Assembly (NCBI GenBank): GCA_050485425.1
Contig: JBJHBJ010000008.1
Coordinates: forward strand, 30,432-54,431
Reading direction: 5' to 3'
DNA length: 24,000 nucleotides
From: Ectothiorhodospiraceae bacterium
GTDB taxonomy: Bacteria; Pseudomonadota; Gammaproteobacteria; Nitrococcales; Aquisalimonadaceae
In this document: positions 15,905 through 23,946 of the stretch, in pieces
How positions within the stretch are numbered: position 1 is the first letter of the stretch
Layout of the letters: the number at the start of each line of letters is the position of its first letter
Notes under the pieces: model-generated
The model's database searches: none
What the model saw: the letters and a program-made list of their open reading frames with translations, nothing else
What the model was told of the DNA's origin: nothing
Made by a program: the position numbers and the translations under genes

Positions 15905-16651
15905 TTAGTGACCCAGGTACACGTCGATCACGCGCCGATCCGATTGCACGCTGTCCATGTCGCCCTCGGCCAGAATCACGCCCTGATGCAACACCGTGAC
16001 CTTGCGCGCAATCCGCTTGACGAAATTCATGTCGTGCTCGATGACGATCACCGAGCGGCCCTCGGTGATCGTGTTCAGCAGCTCGGCCGTCTGCTCCCGT
16101 TCCTTCACGCTCATGCCGGCCACGGGCTCGTCCAGCATCAGCAGTTCCGGATCCTGCATCAGCAGCATGCCGATCTCCAGCCATTGCTTCTGGCCGTGGC
16201 TGAGCAGTCCCGCTTCCTTGTCCAGCAACTCCTGTACGAAGACCGCCTCGGCCACCTCGTCGATCTTCTCCAGCACCTCGGCGTCCCTCTTGAAGGCGAG
16301 CGCCCCCCAGACTCCGCGGCCACGCGGGTACGAGACTTCCAGATTGTCGCGGACACTCAGGCTGTCGTAGATGGAGGGGGTCTGGAACTTTCGTCCCACC
16401 CCGGCAGCAACGATGCGGTGCTCCGGCAGCCGGGTCAGTTCGGTGCCCTTGAACTTGATGGAGCCGGCACTGGCCTTGGTCTTGCCGCAGATCAGATCCA
16501 GCAACGTCGTCTTGCCGGCGCCGTTGGGTCCGATCACCACGCGCAGTTCATCGTGGTCCACGTAGAAATTGAGACCGTTGATGGCCTTGAAGCCGTCAAA
16601 GGACACGGTGAGATCCTCGATTGCCAGCAGGAAATCGGTATTCGTGCTCAT
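15905..16651 (-). CDS. urtD: urea ABC transporter ATP-binding protein UrtD
   Basis: A 248-aa protein with Walker A GPNGAGKTT, the signature LSHGQKQ and Walker B LMLDEP. Its start overlaps the urtC stop as ATGA. Confidence 0.9.
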   Translation of the reverse strand: MSTNTDFLLAIEDLTVSFDGFKAINGLNFYVDHDELRVVIGPNGAGKTTLLDLICGKTKASAGSIKFKGTELTRLPEHRIVAAGVGRKFQTPSIYDSLSVRDNLEVSYPRGRGVWGALAFKRDAEVLEKIDEVAEAVFVQELLDKEAGLLSHGQKQWLEIGMLLMQDPELLMLDEPVAGMSVKEREQTAELLNTITEGRSVIVIEHDMNFVKRIARKVTVLHQGVILAEGDMDSVQSDRRVIDVYLGH

Positions 16652-17859
16652 GAGCGTGCCTCCTGTACGCCGACGTCGGTCTCCTCCGCTCCTGCCTGCG
16701 CATCCCGGCCCGCACGGCTGGCAGACGTCGCAGAGGGTGTCGGAGGCCGGGGCGGCGAGGAACGCTGACGACCCGAGGAACGCAGCAGCGCCGGCATCCG
16801 CGCCGCGTACTTGCCGTAGAGACCGGCCAGCCCATGGGGCAGGAACAGCACCACCGAAATGAACACGGCACCGATCAGGAACAGCCAGAGCTGCGGATAG
16901 GCCTCGGCGAACATCACCTTGGCGAAGCCCACGATCAGCGAACCGTACACCGCCCCGAGCAGCGACAGCCGCCCGCCCACGGCGGCGAAAATGACAAACT
17001 CGATGGACGGCACGATGCCCACGAACGAGGGCGACATGAAGCCTTCCTGCAACGTGAACATGGCACCGCCTATACCGGAGAACACCCCCGCCAGGCAGAA
17101 GATGAACACCTTGAAGTTGGCCACGTCATAGCCGGAAAACCGCACCCGGTCCTCGCGGTCGCGCATGGCCACCAGGATGCGACCGTACTTGGTGGAGAGC
17201 ACCCACTTGGCCAGCAGGATCACACCCAGCAGCAGCGCAGCGTTCACGAAATACAGCGTGACCAGTGACTCGTCGCTGGTGATGCTCCAGCCCTTCAGGG
17301 TGCGCAGGTCGGTGATGCCGTTGGCCCCGCCGGTATAACCCTGCTGACCGATGATCAGAATGGTCATGATCACCGCGATGGCCTGGGTAATGATGGCGAA
17401 GTACACGCCACTGACCCGCCGCTTGAACATGGCGATGCCGATCACGAAGGCGAAGGCCGCCGGCACCAGAACGATGGCGAACAGCGTGAAGGTAAGGCTC
17501 TGGAACGGTTCCCAGAACCACGGCAGCTCGGTGATCCGGTTCCAGTCCATGAAGTCCGGAATGCCCGGGGTGGTCTGGATGGACGTAGCCTCGGGGTCCG
17601 ACGCCTCCAGTTTCAGGAACATGGCCATGGCATAACCACCCAGGCCGAAGAACACCCCCTGCCCCAGGCTCAGGATGCCGCCGTAGCCCCAGCACAGCAC
17701 CAGCCCGACGGCGACAAAGGCGAACGAGAGGAAACGTCCGGTCAGCGTCAGCTGGTCCACGCCCATGGTCATGGGGAACACCACGAGAACCAACGCCGCT
17801 AGAAGGAGCAGGCCGATCAGGCCGCTTCTGCCACCGATGAAGTCCGGTAGTCTGTTCAT
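16648..17859 (-). CDS. urtC: urea ABC transporter permease UrtC (with a Pro/Ser/Arg-rich C-terminal tail)
   Basis: A 403-aa LivM-type permease at the expected position in the operon. The last 45 aa or so are low-complexity (RSSGRQRSSPPRPPTPSATSASRAGRDAQAG...). Confidence 0.9.
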   Translation of the reverse strand: MNRLPDFIGGRSGLIGLLLLAALVLVVFPMTMGVDQLTLTGRFLSFAFVAVGLVLCWGYGGILSLGQGVFFGLGGYAMAMFLKLEASDPEATSIQTTPGIPDFMDWNRITELPWFWEPFQSLTFTLFAIVLVPAAFAFVIGIAMFKRRVSGVYFAIITQAIAVIMTILIIGQQGYTGGANGITDLRTLKGWSITSDESLVTLYFVNAALLLGVILLAKWVLSTKYGRILVAMRDREDRVRFSGYDVANFKVFIFCLAGVFSGIGGAMFTLQEGFMSPSFVGIVPSIEFVIFAAVGGRLSLLGAVYGSLIVGFAKVMFAEAYPQLWLFLIGAVFISVVLFLPHGLAGLYGKYAARMPALLRSSGRQRSSPPRPPTPSATSASRAGRDAQAGAEETDVGVQEARS

Positions 17860-17882
17860 GATTCAGTCTCCCTGCGCGCCGA

Positions 17883-18806
17883 CTAGCGGCGTACCTTGCT
17901 GGCAAACAAGCCTTCCGGGCGCATCATCAGAATGCCGATGACGATGAGCAGCGTGACCACCTTCGCCATGGAACCGCTGATGAAGAACTCCAGGATCGAC
18001 TGCCCCTGGGCAATGGAGAACGCCGACGCCACCGTCCCCAGCAGGCTGGCGGCACCGCCAAAGACCACAACCAGAAACGTGTCGACGATGTAGAGCGAAC
18101 CGCTGGTGGGGCCGGTGGAGGAAATGGTGGTGAAGGCTGCTCCGGCGATGCCGGCAATGCCGCAGCCGATGGCGAACGTGATCCTGTCCACCTTGCGGGT
18201 ATTGATGCCGACGGCGCCGCTCATCTCGCGGTTGGCCGTGGTACAGCGCACGCGCAGCCCCCAGCGCGAACGGAAAAGGAACCAGGCAACCCCGCCCGTC
18301 ACCAGGACCGTCAGCACCATGATCGCCATGCCGTTGATCGGGATGTCGATCATCATCGTCGGCCGATAGGAGCCCTGCAGCCACTCCGGCAACCGCACGC
18401 TGACCTCGCGCGCGCCAAACGTGGACCGGAATGCCTGCTGCATGACCAGCGCCAGCCCCCAGGTGGCCAGCAGCGTATCCAGCGGCCGGTGGTAGAGATG
18501 GCGTATGAGCACCAGCTCCACCAGCCAGCCGGCGATGAATGCCATGCCGAATGCGGCCGGAATGGCAAGGAACACGTAGTAGTTCAGCAGGCCGGGGGCA
18601 TGGCTGAGCACCAGCGAGGAGATGAAGTAGGTGGTATAGGCGCCGATCACCATGAACTCACCGTGAGCCATGTTGATCACGCGCATCTGACCGTAGATGA
18701 CCGCCAGCCCCAGCGCCATCAGCAGCAGTACGCTGAACAGGCTCAGGCCGGCGAACCCCTGCATGGCGAAGATGGCCAGTAGTTCCTGTGTGGTGAAGTC
18801 ACTCAT
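17883..18806 (-). CDS. urtB: urea ABC transporter permease UrtB
   Basis: A 307-aa LivH-type permease containing the motif VINMAHGEFMVIGAY. The RBS GGGGAG lies upstream of ATG 18806. Confidence 0.9.
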   Translation of the reverse strand: MSDFTTQELLAIFAMQGFAGLSLFSVLLLMALGLAVIYGQMRVINMAHGEFMVIGAYTTYFISSLVLSHAPGLLNYYVFLAIPAAFGMAFIAGWLVELVLIRHLYHRPLDTLLATWGLALVMQQAFRSTFGAREVSVRLPEWLQGSYRPTMMIDIPINGMAIMVLTVLVTGGVAWFLFRSRWGLRVRCTTANREMSGAVGINTRKVDRITFAIGCGIAGIAGAAFTTISSTGPTSGSLYIVDTFLVVVFGGAASLLGTVASAFSIAQGQSILEFFISGSMAKVVTLLIVIGILMMRPEGLFASKVRR

Positions 18807-18872
18807 GGGTCGCTCCCCTGTCGGGCCGAAGCCCGCATGCGGCCTTCATTCAGGCCGGCGAACCGGCTCGGG

Positions 18873-18923
18873 CTTTGAAGAAGGCGGGAACCGGGCCGAC
18901 GGGCAGACAGACCCGGCTCCGCC
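18873..18923 (-). terminator. candidate intercistronic attenuator/partial terminator between urtA and urtB
   Basis: On the minus strand, GGCGGAGCCGGG pairs with CCCGGTTCCCGCC. These lie at about 18883-18895 and 18912-18923 on the plus strand. TTCTTCAAAG follows the stem. Further GC hairpins and a CCGCATGCGG palindrome (18833-18842) lie in the same 129-nt spacer. Confidence 0.35.
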
Positions 18924-18935
18924 TGACGGGCAAAC

Positions 18936-20204
18936 CTACTGGTAACCCTCCGGGAACGGATTGGGCTCGATCAGATCCTCCGACTCCCACACCACGGAGG
19001 CCTGGCCGTCGCCGTTCCAGCGGCCGATCCGGGTGCGGCTCCACAGGTGGTGATTGTCATGCACCTTGACGTAGCCTTCCGGCGCGGTGTCCAGCTCGAT
19101 GCCGGGCAGATGCTCCCGGATCCTGTCGACGTCGAAACTGCCGGCGGCCTCCACCGCGGCCTTCCAGAGCCACGGCCCCAGATAGGCGGCCTGGGTCACG
19201 TCGCCGATCACGCTGTCGTCACCCCAACGTTCCTTGAACGCCTGCACGAAGGCCTCGTTGTTGCCGTTCTCCAGGCTCTGGAAGTACTTCATGGAGGAAT
19301 AGAAGCCCTCGACGTTCTCGCCGCCGATGCCCAGCACCTCGTCCTCGGTCACCGAGATGGTCAGCATTTTCTGGTTGCTGCCGTTGATGCCGGCGGCGTT
19401 GAGCTGACGGAACCAGGCCACGTTGGAACCGCCCACCACGGCGGCGAAGATCATGTCCGGCCGGCGCAGGCGTATGCGATTGATGGCGGACCCGAACGAG
19501 GTGTGGCCCAGCGCGTAGTAGTCCTCGCCGACCACCTGGCCACCCAGCACATCCTCGATGTGAATGCGGGCGATCTTCATCGACGTGCGCGGCCAGATGT
19601 AGTCGGAACCGATCAGGTAGAAAGTCCGCGCGCCCTGCTCGTGCCAGGCCCAGTCGATGCCGGCGAGGATCTGCTGGGTCGCTTCCTGGCCGGTGTAGAT
19701 GACGTTGGGCGACTCCTCCAGGCCCTCGTAGAAGGTGGGGTAGAACAGCATGCCGTTCTCGCGCTCGAAGATCGGCAGCACCGCCTTGCGGGATGCGGAG
19801 GTCCAGCAACCGAACACCGCCGCCACGTTGTCCTGCCGCAGCAGCTTGCGGGAACGGTCGGCGAACGTGGGCCAGTCGCTGGCACCGTCTTCCCGGACGA
19901 TCTCGATCTGGCGACCCAGCACGCCGCCCTGGGCATTGATCTGCTCGATGGCCAGCGTCTCCGCCTCCACGGAACCGGTCTCGCTGATGGCCATGGTGCC
20001 GGTCAGCGAATGCAGGATGCCGACCCGGACCGTGTCATCGGTGACCGCCAGGCCGGTGGTGTTCACCTCCGACGTCGGGTACTCGGAGGATGCGGCGGCT
20101 ACGCCGCCCATGAGCAGAGCCAGCGACGCCATCGCCAGCCCGGCCAGCAAGGTGCGGCGCCACCGCGACACGACCCCGTGATGGATGGATGCAGTACGTG
20201 ACAT
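18936..20204 (-). CDS. urtA: urea ABC transporter substrate-binding protein UrtA
   Basis: A 422-aa protein with a signal peptide (LLAGLAMASLALLMGGVAAA). It has the UrtA signature VGILHSLTGTMAISE. The RBS AAGGAG lies at 20211-20216 on the minus strand. Confidence 0.9.
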   Translation of the reverse strand: MSRTASIHHGVVSRWRRTLLAGLAMASLALLMGGVAAASSEYPTSEVNTTGLAVTDDTVRVGILHSLTGTMAISETGSVEAETLAIEQINAQGGVLGRQIEIVREDGASDWPTFADRSRKLLRQDNVAAVFGCWTSASRKAVLPIFERENGMLFYPTFYEGLEESPNVIYTGQEATQQILAGIDWAWHEQGARTFYLIGSDYIWPRTSMKIARIHIEDVLGGQVVGEDYYALGHTSFGSAINRIRLRRPDMIFAAVVGGSNVAWFRQLNAAGINGSNQKMLTISVTEDEVLGIGGENVEGFYSSMKYFQSLENGNNEAFVQAFKERWGDDSVIGDVTQAAYLGPWLWKAAVEAAGSFDVDRIREHLPGIELDTAPEGYVKVHDNHHLWSRTRIGRWNGDGQASVVWESEDLIEPNPFPEGYQ

Positions 20205-20310
20205 TCAAGACTCCTTGAGCTGCGCGCTGACAGCCGGTTGCTAACGAAACCCGTGCGCCGGGCACTGTTCGGAGGCTAAGATTGTCGGTACGTGCTGCAC
20301 TGCAAAACAA

Positions 20311-20326
20311 TACGTCGATTGACGTA
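20311..20326. promoter_or_regulatory. candidate operator: palindrome TACGTC-GATT-GACGTA in the urtA / sensor-kinase divergent region
   Basis: Perfect 6-bp inverted arms are separated by 4 nt. On the urtA strand the palindrome lies immediately upstream of a weak sigma70-like pair, TTGTTT-N18-GACAAT. Confidence 0.3.
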
Positions 20327-20505
20327 TGGCCGGGCAGCCGGCTTCCACGCAATATGCTCCCCAGGGGCACAGTGATTCCGCGGCAGGCGAACACGGTCGG
20401 GGGGCCGTCGCCCGCCACTGATGGGCACAGGCAGGCGAGGATCAGACGATCGGTCCGCCGTCTGTCCCCCGGCAGGGCATCGCTGCTGCCGGCAGGGGGA
20501 AGACC

Positions 20506-23500
20506 GTGGCAGTTGATGTACAAGCGGCAGACAAAGACGACCCGGGCGGTACCAGCCGACAGCGGGTCGTCCGGTTCCGGCGTACCTACAACCAGTGGGT
20601 GGCGAACCAGACCCTGGAGGATTTCGCGCTGCGCTTTACCGCCAAGAAGGCGCGACGCTTCTCCCGCTTCCAGGTCGCCAGTACCGCGCTGGGCGCGGTG
20701 TCGTTCCTGGCCCTCGAGGCCATCGGCGGTACCATCACCGTCGCTTACGGCTTTGGCAACGCGGTCACCGCCATTCTGGTGGTGGCGCTGCTGATCTTCG
20801 CCACCGGTCTGCCCATCACCTACCACGCGGCGCGCTCGGGACTGGATATCGATCTGCTCACCCGTGGCGCCGGGTTCGGCTATATCGGCTCCACCGTCAC
20901 TTCGCTGATCTACGCCTCCTTCACGTTCATCTTCCTGGCCATCGAAGCAGCCATCATGGCCATCATGCTGGAGCTCTGGATCGGCTTGCCGCTGTGGGCG
21001 GGCTACGTGGTCAGTGCGGTTGTGGTGATTCCGCTGGTGACCCACGGCATCACGCTGATCAGCCGTTTCCAGGGCTGGACGCAACCGGTCTGGCTGGTGC
21101 TGCACATCCTGCCGTTCATCTTCATCGGCGTGCACGGCCTCTACGACATGGGCGGCTGGACCCGTTTTGAAGGCACGCACCCGCAGGCCGGCAGTGGATT
21201 CAACCTGCTGTTGTTCGGCGCCGCCGCCTCGGTAGTGTTCGCGCTGGTGGCACAAATCGGCGAGCAGGTGGACTACCTGCGTTTCCTGCCGCGGGACCGG
21301 CGCGGAGGGCGGTTGGGCTGGTGGGCCGCCCTGCTCGCTGCCGGTCCCGGCTGGATCATACCCGGTGCGCTGAAGATGCTGCTGGGGTCGTTCCTGGCCT
21401 ACATGGCCATCAGCCTGGGCTCGTCCCCGGAAAGCGCGGCAGAGCCGACGGAGATGTACCTGGTCGCATTCCGGCAGGTCACCAGCAATCCGGATATCGC
21501 GATAGCGCTCACCGGCATCTTCGTCATCGTCTCCCAGATGAAGATCAACGTGACCAATGCCTATGCGGGCTCCATCGCCTGGTCCAACTTCTTCTCACGG
21601 CTGACCCGCAGCCATCCCGGCCGGGTCGTCTGGCTGGTATTCAACGTGGCCATCGCGCTGCTGCTGATGCAACTGGGCATCTACAAGGCGCTGGAGCAGA
21701 TCCTGGGGCTGTACTGCCTGGTTGCGGTGGCCTGGGTAGGCGCCCTGGTGGCGGATCTGGTCATCAACAAACCGCTCGGCCTCAGCCCCCGCCATATCGA
21801 GTTCAAGCGGGCCCACCTCTACGACATCAACCCGGTCGGCATCGGCTCCATGCTACTGTCGCTGGCGGTCGGCGTGCTGGCCTACATCGGCCTGTTCGGC
21901 GAGACCGCACAGGCGCTGGCGCCGTTCCTGGCCCTGGCAATCCCTTTCGCGTCCGCGCCGCTGATCGCACTGGCCACGGGCAGCCGCTACTACATCGCCC
22001 GCACGCCGCGGCGCGACTGGAAGGAGGGCGACAGCATTCGCTGTCATGTCTGCGAACACCGCTTCGAGACCGAGGACATGGCCCAGTGTCCGGCTTACGG
22101 GGGGCCGATCTGCTCGTTATGCTGTTCGCTGGATGCCCGCTGCAACGACGCCTGCAAGCCCCATGCGCGCATCTCCGCACAGATGCACGGCGTGCTGACC
22201 TGGCTTTTCCCGCCCACCGTGGTGGAGCGCCTGCATTCCCGTTTCGGCCACTACCTGTTTCTGCTCACGGTCATGCTGGCCGTGGTGGGGTTCTGTCTGT
22301 CGGTGATCTACGTGCAGGCCACGCTGGACGACAGCGCCGCCCCAGAGGTGATCGGTGCCACGCTGTGGAAGACGTTTTTCGTGCTGGCGCTGATCTGCGG
22401 CGTGGTCGCCTGGCTGATCGTGCTGGCCCATGAGAGCCGGAACGCGGCAGAGAACGAATCCCGCTACCAGAACGAATTGCTGATGGAGGAAATCGAAGCA
22501 CACGACCGCACCGACCAGGAGCTGCAGCGGGCCAAGGAAGCCGCCGAGGCCGCCAACCAGGCCAAGAGCCGCTACATGGTCGGCATGAGCCACGAACTGC
22601 GCACCCCGCTGAACGCCGTTCTGGGCTACGCGCAGATTCTGGAACGCGACGACCAACTGCCCGCCAATCGGGTCGAGGCCGTCCGGGTCATACGCCGCAG
22701 CGCGGAGCATCTGTCCGGCCTGATCGACGGCGTGCTGGACATCTCCCGCATCGAAGCCGGCCGGCTGCAGCTCTATCGCGAGGAAGTCCGCATTCGCGAA
22801 CTGCTGGATCAACTGGTGCAGATATTCCGGCTGCAGGCCCAGGAAAAGAACATCGCCTTCCACTACCGCTGCGCCGACCGCCTGCCCGTTGCCGTTTACG
22901 CGGACGAGAAACGCCTGCGTCAGGTACTGATCAACCTGCTTTCCAACGCGGTCAAGTTCACCGACAACGGCCAGGTCAGCCTGAACGTCAGCTACGGAGG
23001 CCAGGTGGCCACCTTCCGGGTTCGCGACAGCGGCGTCGGCATTTCGCAGGAAGACCTGGCGCGCATCTTCAAGCCGTTCGAACGCATCAGCCACGGACCC
23101 GCCAAACCCGGCATGGGCATCGGGCTCACCATCACCAAGCTGCTGGCCGAGATCATGGGAGGGGAAATCGAGGCCAACAGCGCCCCCGGAGAGGGCAGCG
23201 AGTTCGTGGTGCGCATCATGCTGTCCGCCGTTCCGGCCGGGCGCGACGACGGACAGGGACAGCGCCGCATCGTCGGCTACGAAGGCCGGCGCATCCGGGT
23301 GATCGTGGCAGACGACGACGGGCCGCACCGCGGCATCATGCAGGAATACCTCGGCGCCATCGGCTTCTCCGTCACAGTGGCCACCGACGGCGCGGAGTGC
23401 CTGGCACTTGCCGACGCGGTGAGACCCGACCTGTTCCTGCTGGATATCACCATGCCGGGCATGAACGGCTGGGATCTGGCGAACGCGCTTCGGGCACGCG

Positions 23501-23946
23501 GACAGGCCGGCGGCATCATCATCGTCTCTGCCGACGCATCCGGGCTCATGCGCTTCAGCCTGCGGGAAGGACCCTGGAACGATTATCTGACAAAGCCCGT
23601 GGACCTGACCCAACTGCTGGAGAAGATCCGCCGTCTGCTGGCCCTGAAATGGATATTCGGTAACCCGGAGCAAGCCATCGGCCCGGCACCTTTACTGGCC
23701 GGCGAACCGCACGCGGTCCCTTCGGCGACCGAGCTGTCCGCCCTCAGGCGGCTGGCGGAAATCGGCCATGTACAGGCGGTTCGTGAAAAACTGGATGCCA
23801 TCGGCCAGGACATGCCGGACTGCCGCGACTTCATCACCCGGGCCAGTTTCCACGCCAGCCGCTTCGAGTTCGACCAACTGGTCACATTCATCAGGAGTGT
23901 GGAACGTGAAAACCCTGACCAGGACCATGACCATCAAGTCACCTGA
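20506..23946 (+). CDS. hybrid sensor histidine kinase/response regulator with an N-terminal 12-TM NCS1 (cytosine/purine permease)-like domain
   Basis: The start is GTG 20506, with GGGGGAAG upstream. Residues 25-495 form about 12 hydrophobic helices with a CodB-like GLDIDLLTRGAGFGYIGS segment. Residues 513-550 hold 8 Cys. Two more TM helices span residues 583-640, followed by a coiled coil. The H-box SHELRTPLN has H696 at nt 22591. The N-box is NLLSNAVKFT, and the G-boxes are DSGVGI and GMGIGL. The receiver has DD at residues 936-937, D980 at nt 23443 and K1030. A C-terminal region of about 100 aa is unassigned. Confidence 0.9.
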   Translation: MAVDVQAADKDDPGGTSRQRVVRFRRTYNQWVANQTLEDFALRFTAKKARRFSRFQVASTALGAVSFLALEAIGGTITVAYGFGNAVTAILVVALLIFATGLPITYHAARSGLDIDLLTRGAGFGYIGSTVTSLIYASFTFIFLAIEAAIMAIMLELWIGLPLWAGYVVSAVVVIPLVTHGITLISRFQGWTQPVWLVLHILPFIFIGVHGLYDMGGWTRFEGTHPQAGSGFNLLLFGAAASVVFALVAQIGEQVDYLRFLPRDRRGGRLGWWAALLAAGPGWIIPGALKMLLGSFLAYMAISLGSSPESAAEPTEMYLVAFRQVTSNPDIAIALTGIFVIVSQMKINVTNAYAGSIAWSNFFSRLTRSHPGRVVWLVFNVAIALLLMQLGIYKALEQILGLYCLVAVAWVGALVADLVINKPLGLSPRHIEFKRAHLYDINPVGIGSMLLSLAVGVLAYIGLFGETAQALAPFLALAIPFASAPLIALATGSRYYIARTPRRDWKEGDSIRCHVCEHRFETEDMAQCPAYGGPICSLCCSLDARCNDACKPHARISAQMHGVLTWLFPPTVVERLHSRFGHYLFLLTVMLAVVGFCLSVIYVQATLDDSAAPEVIGATLWKTFFVLALICGVVAWLIVLAHESRNAAENESRYQNELLMEEIEAHDRTDQELQRAKEAAEAANQAKSRYMVGMSHELRTPLNAVLGYAQILERDDQLPANRVEAVRVIRRSAEHLSGLIDGVLDISRIEAGRLQLYREEVRIRELLDQLVQIFRLQAQEKNIAFHYRCADRLPVAVYADEKRLRQVLINLLSNAVKFTDNGQVSLNVSYGGQVATFRVRDSGVGISQEDLARIFKPFERISHGPAKPGMGIGLTITKLLAEIMGGEIEANSAPGEGSEFVVRIMLSAVPAGRDDGQGQRRIVGYEGRRIRVIVADDDGPHRGIMQEYLGAIGFSVTVATDGAECLALADAVRPDLFLLDITMPGMNGWDLANALRARGQAGGIIIVSADASGLMRFSLREGPWNDYLTKPVDLTQLLEKIRRLLALKWIFGNPEQAIGPAPLLAGEPHAVPSATELSALRRLAEIGHVQAVREKLDAIGQDMPDCRDFITRASFHASRFEFDQLVTFIRSVERENPDQDHDHQVT

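Noticed and set aside
20205-20330. A guanidine-I (ykkC) or other riboswitch in the urtA leader
   Set aside because: The minus-strand leader lacks the conserved ykkC elements I remember, such as GGGA...ACACGGCGGGA...AAAAGCCCGGGAG-like blocks. The leader is short. Only a covariance-model scan could settle this.
20205-20505. A sigma54 promoter or NtcA/NtrC sites controlling urtA
   Set aside because: Manual scanning of both strands found no TGGCAC-N5-TTGC, GTA-N8-TAC or TGCACC-N5-GGTGCA arrangement. This is negative evidence from eye-scanning only.
20035-21255. A 406-aa ORF on the minus strand spanning the urtA start, the intergenic region and the 5' part of the kinase gene
   Set aside because: It is antisense to two well-supported genes. 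The translation is Arg/Gly/Asp/His-rich and low-complexity with no recognisable motifs. This is a typical shadow ORF of GC-rich DNA.
22117-23673. A 518-aa minus-strand ORF opposite the kinase and receiver domains
   Set aside because: It is antisense to a region with unambiguous H, N and G box and receiver motifs. The composition is biased and no domain signature is present.
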